A stretch of 64,000 nucleotides of DNA from an uncultured beta proteobacterium (GTDB taxonomy: Bacteria > Pseudomonadota > Gammaproteobacteria > Burkholderiales > Burkholderiaceae_C), in assembly GCA_963841045.1 (NCBI GenBank), contig CAWJBD010000003.1, positions 256,668 through 320,667 of the forward strand, in the 5' to 3' direction. Of this stretch, positions 9,623 to 18,210 are shown in pieces. Position numbers and translations under genes: made by a program. A model generated the notes under the pieces. That model was not told the DNA's origin and did no database searches. It saw only the letters and a program-made list of their open reading frames with translations. The stretch's first letter is position 1. Each line of letters begins with the position of its first letter.

Positions 9623-10542
9623 CAGCCCAGCCTTTTGTTCATCAGTGCTTTGGCAGCACGTGAGTTGGTCGGACGTTGCAAAAAGTCGCTGATGAATTGC
9701 CCCGCATCGATTAATTTGTCCATGTCAATGCCCGTTTCAATACCCATACCATGCAGCAGGTACACCACATCTTCAGTAGCCACGTTACCCGTCGCACCCT
9801 TGGCATAAGGGCAACCACCCAAACCAGCGATGGAGGTGTCATATTGCCAAATGCCCATTTCTAGACAGCGCAAGGTATTGCCCAGTGCTTGACCGTAGGT
9901 ATCGTGAAAGTGTCCTGAAATATCATTGATGTCGTACACCGACAGCGCCGCTTCCATGGCTCGCTGCACTTTGACAGGCGTGCCCACACCAATGGTGTCC
10001 GCCACGCCGATGTGCTGCACACCAATTTCTTTCATGAGCTGTGCCACCATTTTGACGTTGGATGGTGCTATATCGCCTTCATACGGGCAACCCACGGTGC
10101 ATGAAATGGCACCACGCACTTTGATGTTTTTCTCTTTGGCCATGGCCACCACACTGCGAAATCGTTCAATGCTTTCTGCAATGGTGCAATTGATATTGCG
10201 CTTGCTGAATGCTTCGCTGGCAGCCGCAAACACCACAATTTCGTCCGGCCATGTTGTTTGTGGTCCTGCGATGCTGGCCTCGAAACCCTGCATATTGGGC
10301 GTCAGCACCGAATAGCGCACTGCACTGCTGCGCGAAATACCTGCCATCACCTCTGAGTTGTCAGCCATTTGTGGCACCCACTTTGGGGAGACATAACTGG
10401 TGACCTCAATCTCAGTCAGACCAGCCGCTTGCAGCCTGTGCACCAATTCAATTTTGACGCTGGCTGGAACCGCTTGCTTTTCATTTTGCAAGCCATCGCG
10501 TGGCCCCACTTCGACCAATTTCACTTTTGCAGGTACTGTCAT
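9622..10542 (-). CDS. liuE: hydroxymethylglutaryl-CoA lyase
   Basis: VKLVEVGPRDGLQNE near the N-terminus and GLGGCPYAKGATGNVATEDV near the C-terminus. The ATG at 10542 is preceded by AGGAAA; the ORF-track start at 10572 is a TTG. Confidence 0.9.
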   Translation of the reverse strand: MTVPAKVKLVEVGPRDGLQNEKQAVPASVKIELVHRLQAAGLTEIEVTSYVSPKWVPQMADNSEVMAGISRSSAVRYSVLTPNMQGFEASIAGPQTTWPDEIVVFAAASEAFSKRNINCTIAESIERFRSVVAMAKEKNIKVRGAISCTVGCPYEGDIAPSNVKMVAQLMKEIGVQHIGVADTIGVGTPVKVQRAMEAALSVYDINDISGHFHDTYGQALGNTLRCLEMGIWQYDTSIAGLGGCPYAKGATGNVATEDVVYLLHGMGIETGIDMDKLIDAGQFISDFLQRPTNSRAAKALMNKRLG

Positions 10543-10585
10543 CTTGTTTCCTGTATTTTTATATGCAGTCAATCAATATCTGTTT

Positions 10586-12724
10586 TCAAGCTACGCTTAA
10601 CTTTAGCAACTCTGCCCCTTCAGCCACTTGGTCGCCTGGTAAGTACAGTAGCTCCTCTACCACGCCATCTGACGGCGAGCAAATGGTGTGTTCCATTTTC
10701 ATCGCGTCCATGACCGCCAAGGCTTGGCCTTTGCTGACCTTGTCACCCTTTTGAATAGAGAAAGAAACCACTTTGCCCGGCATGGGTGCAGTCAAACGAC
10801 CGCCCTCTTCATGCACTTCGCCAGCATGTGCCAGCTGGTCGTTTACTATCATTTGTATAGCACCTTTGGCAGTAAATATGCTGGCTACATCCATATTTTG
10901 ATGTATTTTTGCTTGAATACGTTGCCCCGCAAATTGCACATCAATCCCAGTTGCGGTTGGTAAATAATCCAATGCACCACTGATGTCGCCAACTGTTAAA
11001 TGCAATGCACCTCCGTGTAAATATCGCAATTGAGCAGATACGGGTTCACCATAAATTTCAAATTCGAAATTTCGAACACGTTCACCATGCGATTGCCAGC
11101 CATCAACTTTGCCCCAAGGATCAGCCCAATTCGACGCGTTGAGTTTTTCCGTTTTGGCAGCGCCATTCACTTCAGACTGCAAGGTGTTGGCAACTGCCGC
11201 TGCCACCGCCAAAACTTTATCGATGGGCTTCTGGTTGAACAAGGCTTTTTCTTCTCTCGGAATTAAACCAGTATCCAAATTAGCCGTTGCAAACGATTCA
11301 CTGTTCACCACATGGCGCAAAAACTGCACATTGGACTGCAAACCGACAATGTGCGTTTGTGACAAAGCCTTGTCCATGCGCGCCAAGGCTTGTTCGCGCG
11401 TGGCACCATGCACAATCAACTTGGCAATCATGGGGTCGTAGTAAGGCGAAATGGCATCGCCTGCGCGAACACCTGAGTCCACCCGTACAGACACTGCCGA
11501 AATCGAATCGCTGGCGTTTTGAAATGCGACATGCTCTGGCAATGCATATACATTGATATCACCAATGGCAGGCATGAATTGCTTGTCTGGGTTTTCGGCA
11601 CAAATACGCGCTTCAATCGCATGTCCGTTGATTTGCAAATCTTGTTGTTGCAAGGGCAGTTTTTCACCATTGGCTACGCGTAATTGCCACTCCACCAAAT
11701 CCAAACCCGTAATCGCTTCAGTCACTGGATGCTCAACCTGCAAGCGCGTGTTCATCTCCATGAAATAAAAGGCCCACACTTGCCATTGGTGTGCTGCGCT
11801 GCCCGCGGGGTCTAATTTCCCTTGAGGCGGCTCGGCGGGAAATTCTGCATCAACCGTTTCCACAATGAATTCAACCGTGCCAGCGCCCACATAATTCACG
11901 GCACGCGCAGCGGCAATGGCTGTGGCACCCATTTGTTCACGCATGGCTGGCGACAAGCCAGGTGCTGGCGCTTCTTCCAAGACTTTTTGATGGCGGCGTT
12001 GCACCGAACAATCGCGTTCAAACAAATGCACATAGTTGCCGTGCGTGTCGCCAAACACTTGTATCTCAATATGACGCGGACGTTGCACGTATTTTTCGAT
12101 CAACACATTGTCGTCACCAAAACTGTTGATGGCTTCGCGTTTGCATGAAGACAATGCTGCTGCAAAGTCGGCTGCCTTTTCCACAATGCGCATGCCTTTG
12201 CCACCACCGCCCGCGCTGGCTTTGATGAGCACGGGGTAGCCAATCGCATCGGCTTGCATTTGTAAATACGCCGCATCTTGGTTGGCACCGTGGTAACCAG
12301 GCACCAATGGCACGCCGGCTTTTTCCATCAACTGTTTGGACTCTGCTTTCAAACCCATGGCCTGTATGGCGCTGGCTGGTGGGCCAATGAATACCAAACC
12401 GGCTTGTGAGCAACTGTCTGCAAAGGCATCGTTTTCACTCAAAAAGCCGTAGCCAGGGTGAATGGCCTGTGCGCCCGTTTGCTTGGCCGCATCAATGATG
12501 GTTTGCCAACGCAGGTAACTGTCTTTGGGCGCATTGCCTGCATTTGGGTTGCTGCCATCGCCCACATCGCCAATGGCAATGGCTTCGTCGCAAGCCATCA
12601 CATGCTTGGAATGCGCATCGACAGGTGAATAAATAGCGACAGTTTTGATTCCTAAGCGTGCGCAAGTGGCTGCGACTCGGCAAGCAATTTCACCGCGATT
12701 GGCTATCAGTATTTTTTTGAACAT
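10586..12724 (-). CDS. liuD: 3-methylcrotonyl-CoA carboxylase alpha (biotin carboxylase + BCCP) subunit
   Basis: MFKKILIANRGEIACRV, EMNTRLQVEHPVTE, and the C-terminal biotinylation motif AMKME. Carries an in-frame Family-2 repeat insertion just before EMNTRLQVEH. Confidence 0.95.
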   Translation of the reverse strand: MFKKILIANRGEIACRVAATCARLGIKTVAIYSPVDAHSKHVMACDEAIAIGDVGDGSNPNAGNAPKDSYLRWQTIIDAAKQTGAQAIHPGYGFLSENDAFADSCSQAGLVFIGPPASAIQAMGLKAESKQLMEKAGVPLVPGYHGANQDAAYLQMQADAIGYPVLIKASAGGGGKGMRIVEKAADFAAALSSCKREAINSFGDDNVLIEKYVQRPRHIEIQVFGDTHGNYVHLFERDCSVQRRHQKVLEEAPAPGLSPAMREQMGATAIAAARAVNYVGAGTVEFIVETVDAEFPAEPPQGKLDPAGSAAHQWQVWAFYFMEMNTRLQVEHPVTEAITGLDLVEWQLRVANGEKLPLQQQDLQINGHAIEARICAENPDKQFMPAIGDINVYALPEHVAFQNASDSISAVSVRVDSGVRAGDAISPYYDPMIAKLIVHGATREQALARMDKALSQTHIVGLQSNVQFLRHVVNSESFATANLDTGLIPREEKALFNQKPIDKVLAVAAAVANTLQSEVNGAAKTEKLNASNWADPWGKVDGWQSHGERVRNFEFEIYGEPVSAQLRYLHGGALHLTVGDISGALDYLPTATGIDVQFAGQRIQAKIHQNMDVASIFTAKGAIQMIVNDQLAHAGEVHEEGGRLTAPMPGKVVSFSIQKGDKVSKGQALAVMDAMKMEHTICSPSDGVVEELLYLPGDQVAEGAELLKLSVA
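11773..11844 (-). repeat. Family-2 palindromic repeat, in-frame copy inside liuD
   Basis: The coding strand GAATTTCCCGCCGAGCCGCCTCAAGGGAAATTAGACCCCGCGGGCAGCGCAGCACACCAATGGCAAGTGTGGG aligns over about 75 nt with 50266-50342. It contains AATTTCCC-N15-GGGAAATT and CCCGCGGG palindromes. Confidence 0.8.
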
Positions 12725-12769
12725 TTTGTATCTGTATATTTAAATTGCAATCACTGTTTCAATCAATTT

Positions 12770-13487
12770 TTATGTGGTGCTTCCCACATTTCCCGTATCG
12801 TCACTGAACCAATTCTTTAAACGATTCAAGACCGCCTTGAGGTATTTGAACAAGACGATCACCAGCCAAATACTCAGCACCAGTACCACAAACAGCGTGA
12901 TGCCAAAGGTTACTGGGTAATTGGTAGCCAACCACATCATGCCCATCACCGCGCCCTCTTCAGCCAAGCTCACGGCGACATTACTAAAGGGTTCAGGGAG
13001 ATGTGTTCACGGCTGCGCGTGTGGTCGCTTTGGTGGCAAATGAGGTGGCAGCCAAAGCGCCGCCCATCAAACCCGCTACCGTACCCATGGTGGCACTGTC
13101 TGCGCCAAACACACCGGCTGCCAGCGCTGCACCTGCAGGCACACGTATGACCGAATGCACCATGTCCCACAGCGAATCGACACCCGGAATTTTGTCGGCA
13201 AAGAATTCAACAAACAACATGAAGCCACTGGCTGACAACATCGCTGGGTGTTGCAGTATTTTCAAACCTGCAGGTAATGGCAACCAACCCAACATGCCAG
13301 CCGCACCAGTGATAAAAACAACCAAATACAAACGAATGCCACTGGCCCAGCCCAGCGCTGCAGCCAATGCAGCCAGACCAGCCATATCTAAACCACCTAC
13401 CACTTTGGAAGCAGCACCCGCAACATCACCTGTATTGCCAAAGAGGTTGGCTATGAGTTGCTGAATGTAGGGTAAAAATGCGTCCAT
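12770..13487 (-). pseudogene. DUF4126 membrane protein gene split by a +1 frameshift
   Basis: The 164-aa ORF ends ...AAVNTSP-stop. The next frame continues PEPFSNVAVSLAEEGAVMGMMWLA... (the 67-aa ORF). The junction is at a C-run (minus strand) around 12990-12999. The total span of 718 nt is 3n+1. Confidence 0.7.
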
Positions 13488-14324
13488 TTTTAACTCCGTT
13501 TATTTCGACGACGATTTGGGCAACGCTGTCCAGCCCACTATTCATCCAACTGGGTTTACGTTTTTCTAAAAAAGCAGAAACGCCTTCTTTACCTTGCTCG
13601 CTGGCACGGCAGTTGGCAATGCCTTGCACGGTTTGGTCAATCAATGTTGGTTGATGTCACTGTGTGCTACCCACTGCAACAAATCTTTGCATGCCTTCAC
13701 CGCTTGCGGGCTGTTGCTGCACAATGTGCTGGCAATGGCGTTCACTTTTTCATCCAAGGCTTCAACTGTAGACACCACTTCGTGCACAAAACCGATACGC
13801 AAAGCTTCAGCTGCAGAAAACCGCTCAGCTGTTAAAAAATAACGGTGTGCGGCTCGCGGTCCCATGGCACGAATGACGTAGGGGCTGATGGTGGCTGGAT
13901 ACAAACCCAGCTTCACTTCACTCAGACAATAATTGGCAGTGTCTATTGACACCACCATATCGCACACCGATACCAAGCCCATGCCACCCGCATACACATC
14001 GCCTTGAACGCGCGCGACGGTTGGTTTGGGGCATTCATACATCACTTGCAACATGCGCGCCAATTGGCTGGCATCGGCCACATTTTCGTCGTGCGAATAA
14101 TCGGCCATTTTGCGCATCCAATTCAAATCCGCACCGGCACAAAATGCAGGCCCTTGTGCCGCCAGCACAATGCAACGCACATCGTCATCTTGCCCCAGCG
14201 TTTCAAACGCTTGTGTCAATTGCGCAATCACTTCCTCATTAAACGCATTGCGAACATCCGGTCGCACCAGTGTGACTTGCGCGACGTGAAGTGAGGGTTT
14301 GCTAATTAAAACAGCTTGACTCAT
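13426..14324 (-). pseudogene. liuC: methylglutaconyl-CoA hydratase (enoyl-CoA hydratase family) with a -1 frameshift near the 3' end
   Basis: Frame A reads MSQAVLISKPSLHVAQVTLVRPDVRNAF...QGPAFCAGADL...NSPQAVKACKDLLQWVAHSDINQH-stop (13641). Frame B continues LIDQTVQGIANCRASEQGKEGVSAFLEKRKPSW, the canonical crotonase C-terminus. The ATG at 14324 lies 10 nt after the liuB stop. Confidence 0.75.
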
Positions 14325-14334
14325 TTGCGCATCC

Positions 14335-15957
14335 TTACATCCGGAATATGCCAAATTTGGCATCGGGTATCGGTGCATTCAACGCCGCGGACAAGCCCAA
14401 AGCCAAAACCTTGCGCGTGTCGACTGGGTTGATGATGCCGTCGTCCCACAATCGCGCTGTGGCGTAGTATGGATGGCCTTGGGTTTCGTATTGGGCTTTG
14501 ATGGGCGCTTTGAATGCGGCTTCTTCTTCGGCACTCCAAGCGCCGCCTTTGGCTTCAATGCCGTCACGTTTGACAGTAGCCAAAACGGATGCCGCTTGCT
14601 CACCGCCCATCACGCTGATGCGCGCGTTGGGCCACATCCAGACAAAGCGTGGGTCATACGCGCGACCACACATGCCGTAGTTACCAGCACCAAAACTACC
14701 GCCAATGATGATGGTGAATTTCGGCACGTTGGCAGTAGCCACGGCTGTCACCATTTTGGCGCCGTGACGTGCAATGCCCTCGTTTTCGTATTTACGCCCC
14801 ACCATAAAGCCGGTGATGTTTTGTAAAAACACCAATGGAATTTTGCGCTGGCAACAAATCTCGATGAAATGTGCCCCTTTTTGCGCTGATTCGCTGAACA
14901 AAATACCGTTGTTGGCAATGATGCCCACTTGCATGCCTTCGATGCGGGCGAAACCGCAAATAAGCGTAGCGCCAAAGCGTGCTTTGAATTCGTCAAAATC
15001 GCTGCCATCGACCACGCGGGCAATGATTTCGCGCACATCAAACGGTTTGCGGGTGTCCACCGGAATCACGCCATACAATTCTTCTGCTGCATATTTAGGA
15101 GCAATACTGGCAGATACTGCGCTGGCTACAGCCTTATTTTTATTCAAATTTTTGACAGCTTGGCGCGCTATGGCCAAAGCATGCAAATCGTTTTGTGCCA
15201 AATGATCGGCCACGCCGGACAAACGTGTGTGCACATCACCACCGCCCAAATCTTCGCTGCTCACCACTTCACCAGTGGCCGCTTTCACCAAGGGTGGACC
15301 GCCTAAAAAGATGGTGCCTTGGTTTTTGACAATCACTGTTTCGTCACTCATGGCAGGCACATAGGCTCCACCTGCGGTACAACTGCCCATCACCACTGCA
15401 ATTTGTGCGATGCCTTTGGCGCTCATTTGCGCTTGGTTGAAAAAGATACGACCAAAGTGATCACGGTCAGGAAACACCTCGTCTTGATTCGGCAAATTGG
15501 CACCGCCAGAGTCCACCAAATAAATACATGGCAACTGGTTCTGCTGGGCAATTTCTTGCGCCCGTAAATGTTTCTTCACCGTCAGCGGGTAATACGTGCC
15601 GCCTTTGACGGTGGCGTCGTTGCACACAATCATGCATTCAATCCCATTGACACGGCCAATTCCAGCTATCAGACCTGCCGCTGGCGCACTGTCGCTGCCG
15701 TCTTTGTCTGGGTACATGCCCATGGCTGCCAATGGCGCAACTTCCAAAAATGGCGAGCCTGGATCCAGCAGTTGGGTCACACGGTCGCGCGGTAACAATT
15801 TGCCACGCGCCAAATGTTTGCTGCGCGCAGCTTCGCCGCCACCCAATTGAACTTGCTTCAGTTTTTGTTTCAAATCATCGGTCAAAGCGCGCATGGCAGC
15901 CGCGTTGGCAACAAAGTCGGCTGAACGGGCTATGAGTTTGGTTTCAATGACGGGCAT
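14335..15957 (-). CDS. liuB: 3-methylcrotonyl-CoA carboxylase beta (carboxyltransferase) subunit
   Basis: 540 aa from [15 protein letters not shown], with carboxyltransferase-family sequence throughout ([55 protein letters not shown]). Confidence 0.95.
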   Translation of the reverse strand: MPVIETKLIARSADFVANAAAMRALTDDLKQKLKQVQLGGGEAARSKHLARGKLLPRDRVTQLLDPGSPFLEVAPLAAMGMYPDKDGSDSAPAAGLIAGIGRVNGIECMIVCNDATVKGGTYYPLTVKKHLRAQEIAQQNQLPCIYLVDSGGANLPNQDEVFPDRDHFGRIFFNQAQMSAKGIAQIAVVMGSCTAGGAYVPAMSDETVIVKNQGTIFLGGPPLVKAATGEVVSSEDLGGGDVHTRLSGVADHLAQNDLHALAIARQAVKNLNKNKAVASAVSASIAPKYAAEELYGVIPVDTRKPFDVREIIARVVDGSDFDEFKARFGATLICGFARIEGMQVGIIANNGILFSESAQKGAHFIEICCQRKIPLVFLQNITGFMVGRKYENEGIARHGAKMVTAVATANVPKFTIIIGGSFGAGNYGMCGRAYDPRFVWMWPNARISVMGGEQAASVLATVKRDGIEAKGGAWSAEEEAAFKAPIKAQYETQGHPYYATARLWDDGIINPVDTRKVLALGLSAALNAPIPDAKFGIFRM

Positions 15958-16085
15958 GGCTGTTTTCTCAAATTCGTAATGGGTTTGAATCACATCATCA
16001 TAGTCGCAGCATCCAAAATATTCTGCCAATCAAGGCTTTTGGCACTGACGGTTACAACGAGCACTCGTTGACGCTAGCACTAACG

Positions 16086-16119
16086 TTTTGGTTGACGTTT
16101 ACGTAAACGTCAACCAAAA
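16086..16119. promoter_or_regulatory. perfect 34-bp palindrome upstream of liuB (candidate operator; could alternatively act as a hairpin)
   Basis: TTTTGGTTGACGTTTAC|GTAAACGTCAACCAAAA is perfectly self-complementary. It lies between the HAD gene stop (16140) and the liuB start (15957). Confidence 0.6.
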
Positions 16120-16139
16120 CAGACCGATTGTGACAGAAA

Positions 16140-16820
16140 TTAACAGCCCAGCAAAGCCGGAAGCTCACTCATGTGCGTAAAAAAATGTTGCACGCCGACT
16201 TCTTGCAAGGCCGCTTGACCGGCATAGAAACTGCCTTCTGAGGTTTCTTTTGGCACAAAGCCAAATACTGTTGCACCAGCCGCCAAGCCTGCAAGCGCAC
16301 CGTTGGGGCTGTCTTCTATCACCGCGCAATTGGCAATGGGCACACCCAATGCCTGCGCCGCAGCCCAGTACACGTCAGGGTGTGGCTTGTTTCTGGCTTG
16401 CTCCATACCGCTGAATGATCGCCCTGTAAACGCTGGCATGAGCCCCACTTTGTTCAACTGCAAATGAACTTTGCCGATATCAGCGCCTGAAGCCACCGCA
16501 ATGCGTCCTGCCAAAGCAGCACTCAAGGTATCGACGCATGCATGTATGCCGTGCACAGCTTGTAGGCGCGTCAACAAAGCTTCATCGCGTCGCGCTCGAA
16601 ACTGGGTCAACCACTGTGGCGTGACTGTTTGCCCAGTATTGGCATGAATCAAATCCGCACGGTCAACGACTGCATGTCCGACAAAATGGCTGCTGCATTC
16701 TTGCATAGACATGGACCAACCCATTTCCGCCAACATCTCACGCAAGACGCCATTGGTGATCGGCTCACTGTCGACCAAGACGCCATCGCAATCGAACAGG
16801 ACAGCTTCAAATCGGGTCAT
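16140..16820 (-). CDS. HAD-superfamily hydrolase (beta-phosphoglucomutase-like phosphatase)
   Basis: 226 aa with motif I (VLFDCDGVLVDSE) and motif IV (AVIEDSPNGALAGLAAG). Confidence 0.85.
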   Translation of the reverse strand: MTRFEAVLFDCDGVLVDSEPITNGVLREMLAEMGWSMSMQECSSHFVGHAVVDRADLIHANTGQTVTPQWLTQFRARRDEALLTRLQAVHGIHACVDTLSAALAGRIAVASGADIGKVHLQLNKVGLMPAFTGRSFSGMEQARNKPHPDVYWAAAQALGVPIANCAVIEDSPNGALAGLAAGATVFGFVPKETSEGSFYAGQAALQEVGVQHFFTHMSELPALLGC

Positions 16821-16870
16821 GCGAAGTTCAATTGCGAAATCTTTGATATAACCGACGAATACATCATTTA

Positions 16871-16927
16871 CCTAGTTTGCTATATATTTAATAGCAAACT
16901 AGGCAATTAATACGCCGGCTACAGGCC
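16871..16927 (-). repeat. Family-1 dispersed palindromic repeat, copy B (intergenic, best-preserved hairpin)
   Basis: The reverse complement reads GGCCTGTAGCCGGCGTATTAATTGCCTAGTTTGCTATTAAATATATAGCAAACTAGG, with a 13-bp perfect stem CCTAGTTTGCTAT/ATAGCAAACTAGG. Confidence 0.9.
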
Positions 16928-16946
16928 AATTTCTTATATATTTTTG

Positions 16947-18128
16947 CTAGATGAGCTCTAGCGCAACTGCTGTACCTTCGCCGCCACCAATACACAATGT
17001 GGCCAAGCCACGCTTGAGTCCGCGTGCTTTGAGCGCATACATCAATGTCACCATGATGCGTGCACCACTGGCGCCAACAGGGTGACCCAAAGCGCAAGCA
17101 CCACCGTTCACATTCAATTTGTCATGCGGCACTTTCAGCTCTTCCATCAATGCCATGGGTACCACGGCAAAGGCTTCATTCACTTCCCACAAGTCCACAT
17201 CAGCCACTGTCCAACCGGCTCTGGCCAAGGCTTTTTGTGTAGCGCCCACAGGTGCAGTGGTGAACCAATTGGGTTCTTGCGCGTGCATGGCATGGCCTTT
17301 GATACGGGCCAAGGGTTTGCAGCCCAATTTGGCAGCGGTGCTGGCGCGCATCATCACCAAAGCGGCAGCGCCGTCGCTGATGGATGAGCTGGAAGCGGCG
17401 GTAATGGTGCCGTCTTTTTTGAATGCAGGTTTGAGCGAACTGATTTTGTCGAGCTTGACTTTGCCAGGCGCTTCATCGGTGCTGACCACCACGTCGCCAG
17501 CACGGGTTTTGACGGTGACCGGTGCAATTTCGGCGCTGAATGCGCCTGATTGGGTGGCAGCTTGTGCGCGTTTGACGCTGGTCACAGCGAATGCGTCTTG
17601 CGCTTCGCGGGTGAATTTGTATTTGTCTGCACACTCTTCGCCAAAAGTACCCATGGCGCGACCGGGTTCGTAAGCGTCTTCCAAGCCGTCCAACATCATG
17701 TGGTCATAAATACGGTCGTGGCCAATGCGTATGCCGCTGCGCCCTTTGAGCAATAAATGCGGCGCATTGGTCATGCTTTCCATGCCGCCTGCCACCACCA
17801 CGTCGGCAGTTCCAGCCGCCAACATGTCGTGCGCAAACATGGCGGCACGCATACCGCTGCCGCACATTTTTGACAATGTGACAGCACCCGCGCTTTTGGG
17901 CAAACCGCCTTTGAAACCTGCTTGGCGTGCTGGCGCTTGACCTTGACCCGCCATCAAACAATTGCCAAACAACACCTCATCAACTGCATCTGGCGAAATA
18001 CCAGCGCGCTCAACGGCTGCCTTGATGGCAACGCCACCTAAATCGTGGGCTGACAATGAAGTGAAATCACCCTGAAATGCGCCCATTGGGGTACGGGCTG
18101 CGGACACGATAACGATATCATCTGACAT
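16947..18128 (-). CDS. acetyl-CoA C-acetyltransferase (thiolase II)
   Basis: 393 aa from MSDDIVIVSAARTPMGAF (AAGGAG RBS upstream). Contains the active-site regions LSKMCGSGMRA and NGGACALGHPVGASGAR. Confidence 0.95.
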   Translation of the reverse strand: MSDDIVIVSAARTPMGAFQGDFTSLSAHDLGGVAIKAAVERAGISPDAVDEVLFGNCLMAGQGQAPARQAGFKGGLPKSAGAVTLSKMCGSGMRAAMFAHDMLAAGTADVVVAGGMESMTNAPHLLLKGRSGIRIGHDRIYDHMMLDGLEDAYEPGRAMGTFGEECADKYKFTREAQDAFAVTSVKRAQAATQSGAFSAEIAPVTVKTRAGDVVVSTDEAPGKVKLDKISSLKPAFKKDGTITAASSSSISDGAAALVMMRASTAAKLGCKPLARIKGHAMHAQEPNWFTTAPVGATQKALARAGWTVADVDLWEVNEAFAVVPMALMEELKVPHDKLNVNGGACALGHPVGASGARIMVTLMYALKARGLKRGLATLCIGGGEGTAVALELI

Positions 18129-18210
18129 AAAAAACTCCTTGCGTAAAAATAAGATTATCCATTTAACTTTCAAAAAAGAATGTCGTTCATGCGACATTCA
18201 ATGTACGTGT

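Noticed and set aside
12263-12278. AAATACGCCGC inside liuD resembling the Family-1 conserved arm
   Set aside because: Only about 9 nt match, and there is no adjacent ATTGCC or hairpin. This is a chance similarity within conserved coding sequence.
13003-13464. 153-aa plus-strand ORF
   Set aside because: It is antisense to the DUF4126 gene, which has coherent TM-helix structure. The plus-strand product is Ala/Pro-rich without features.
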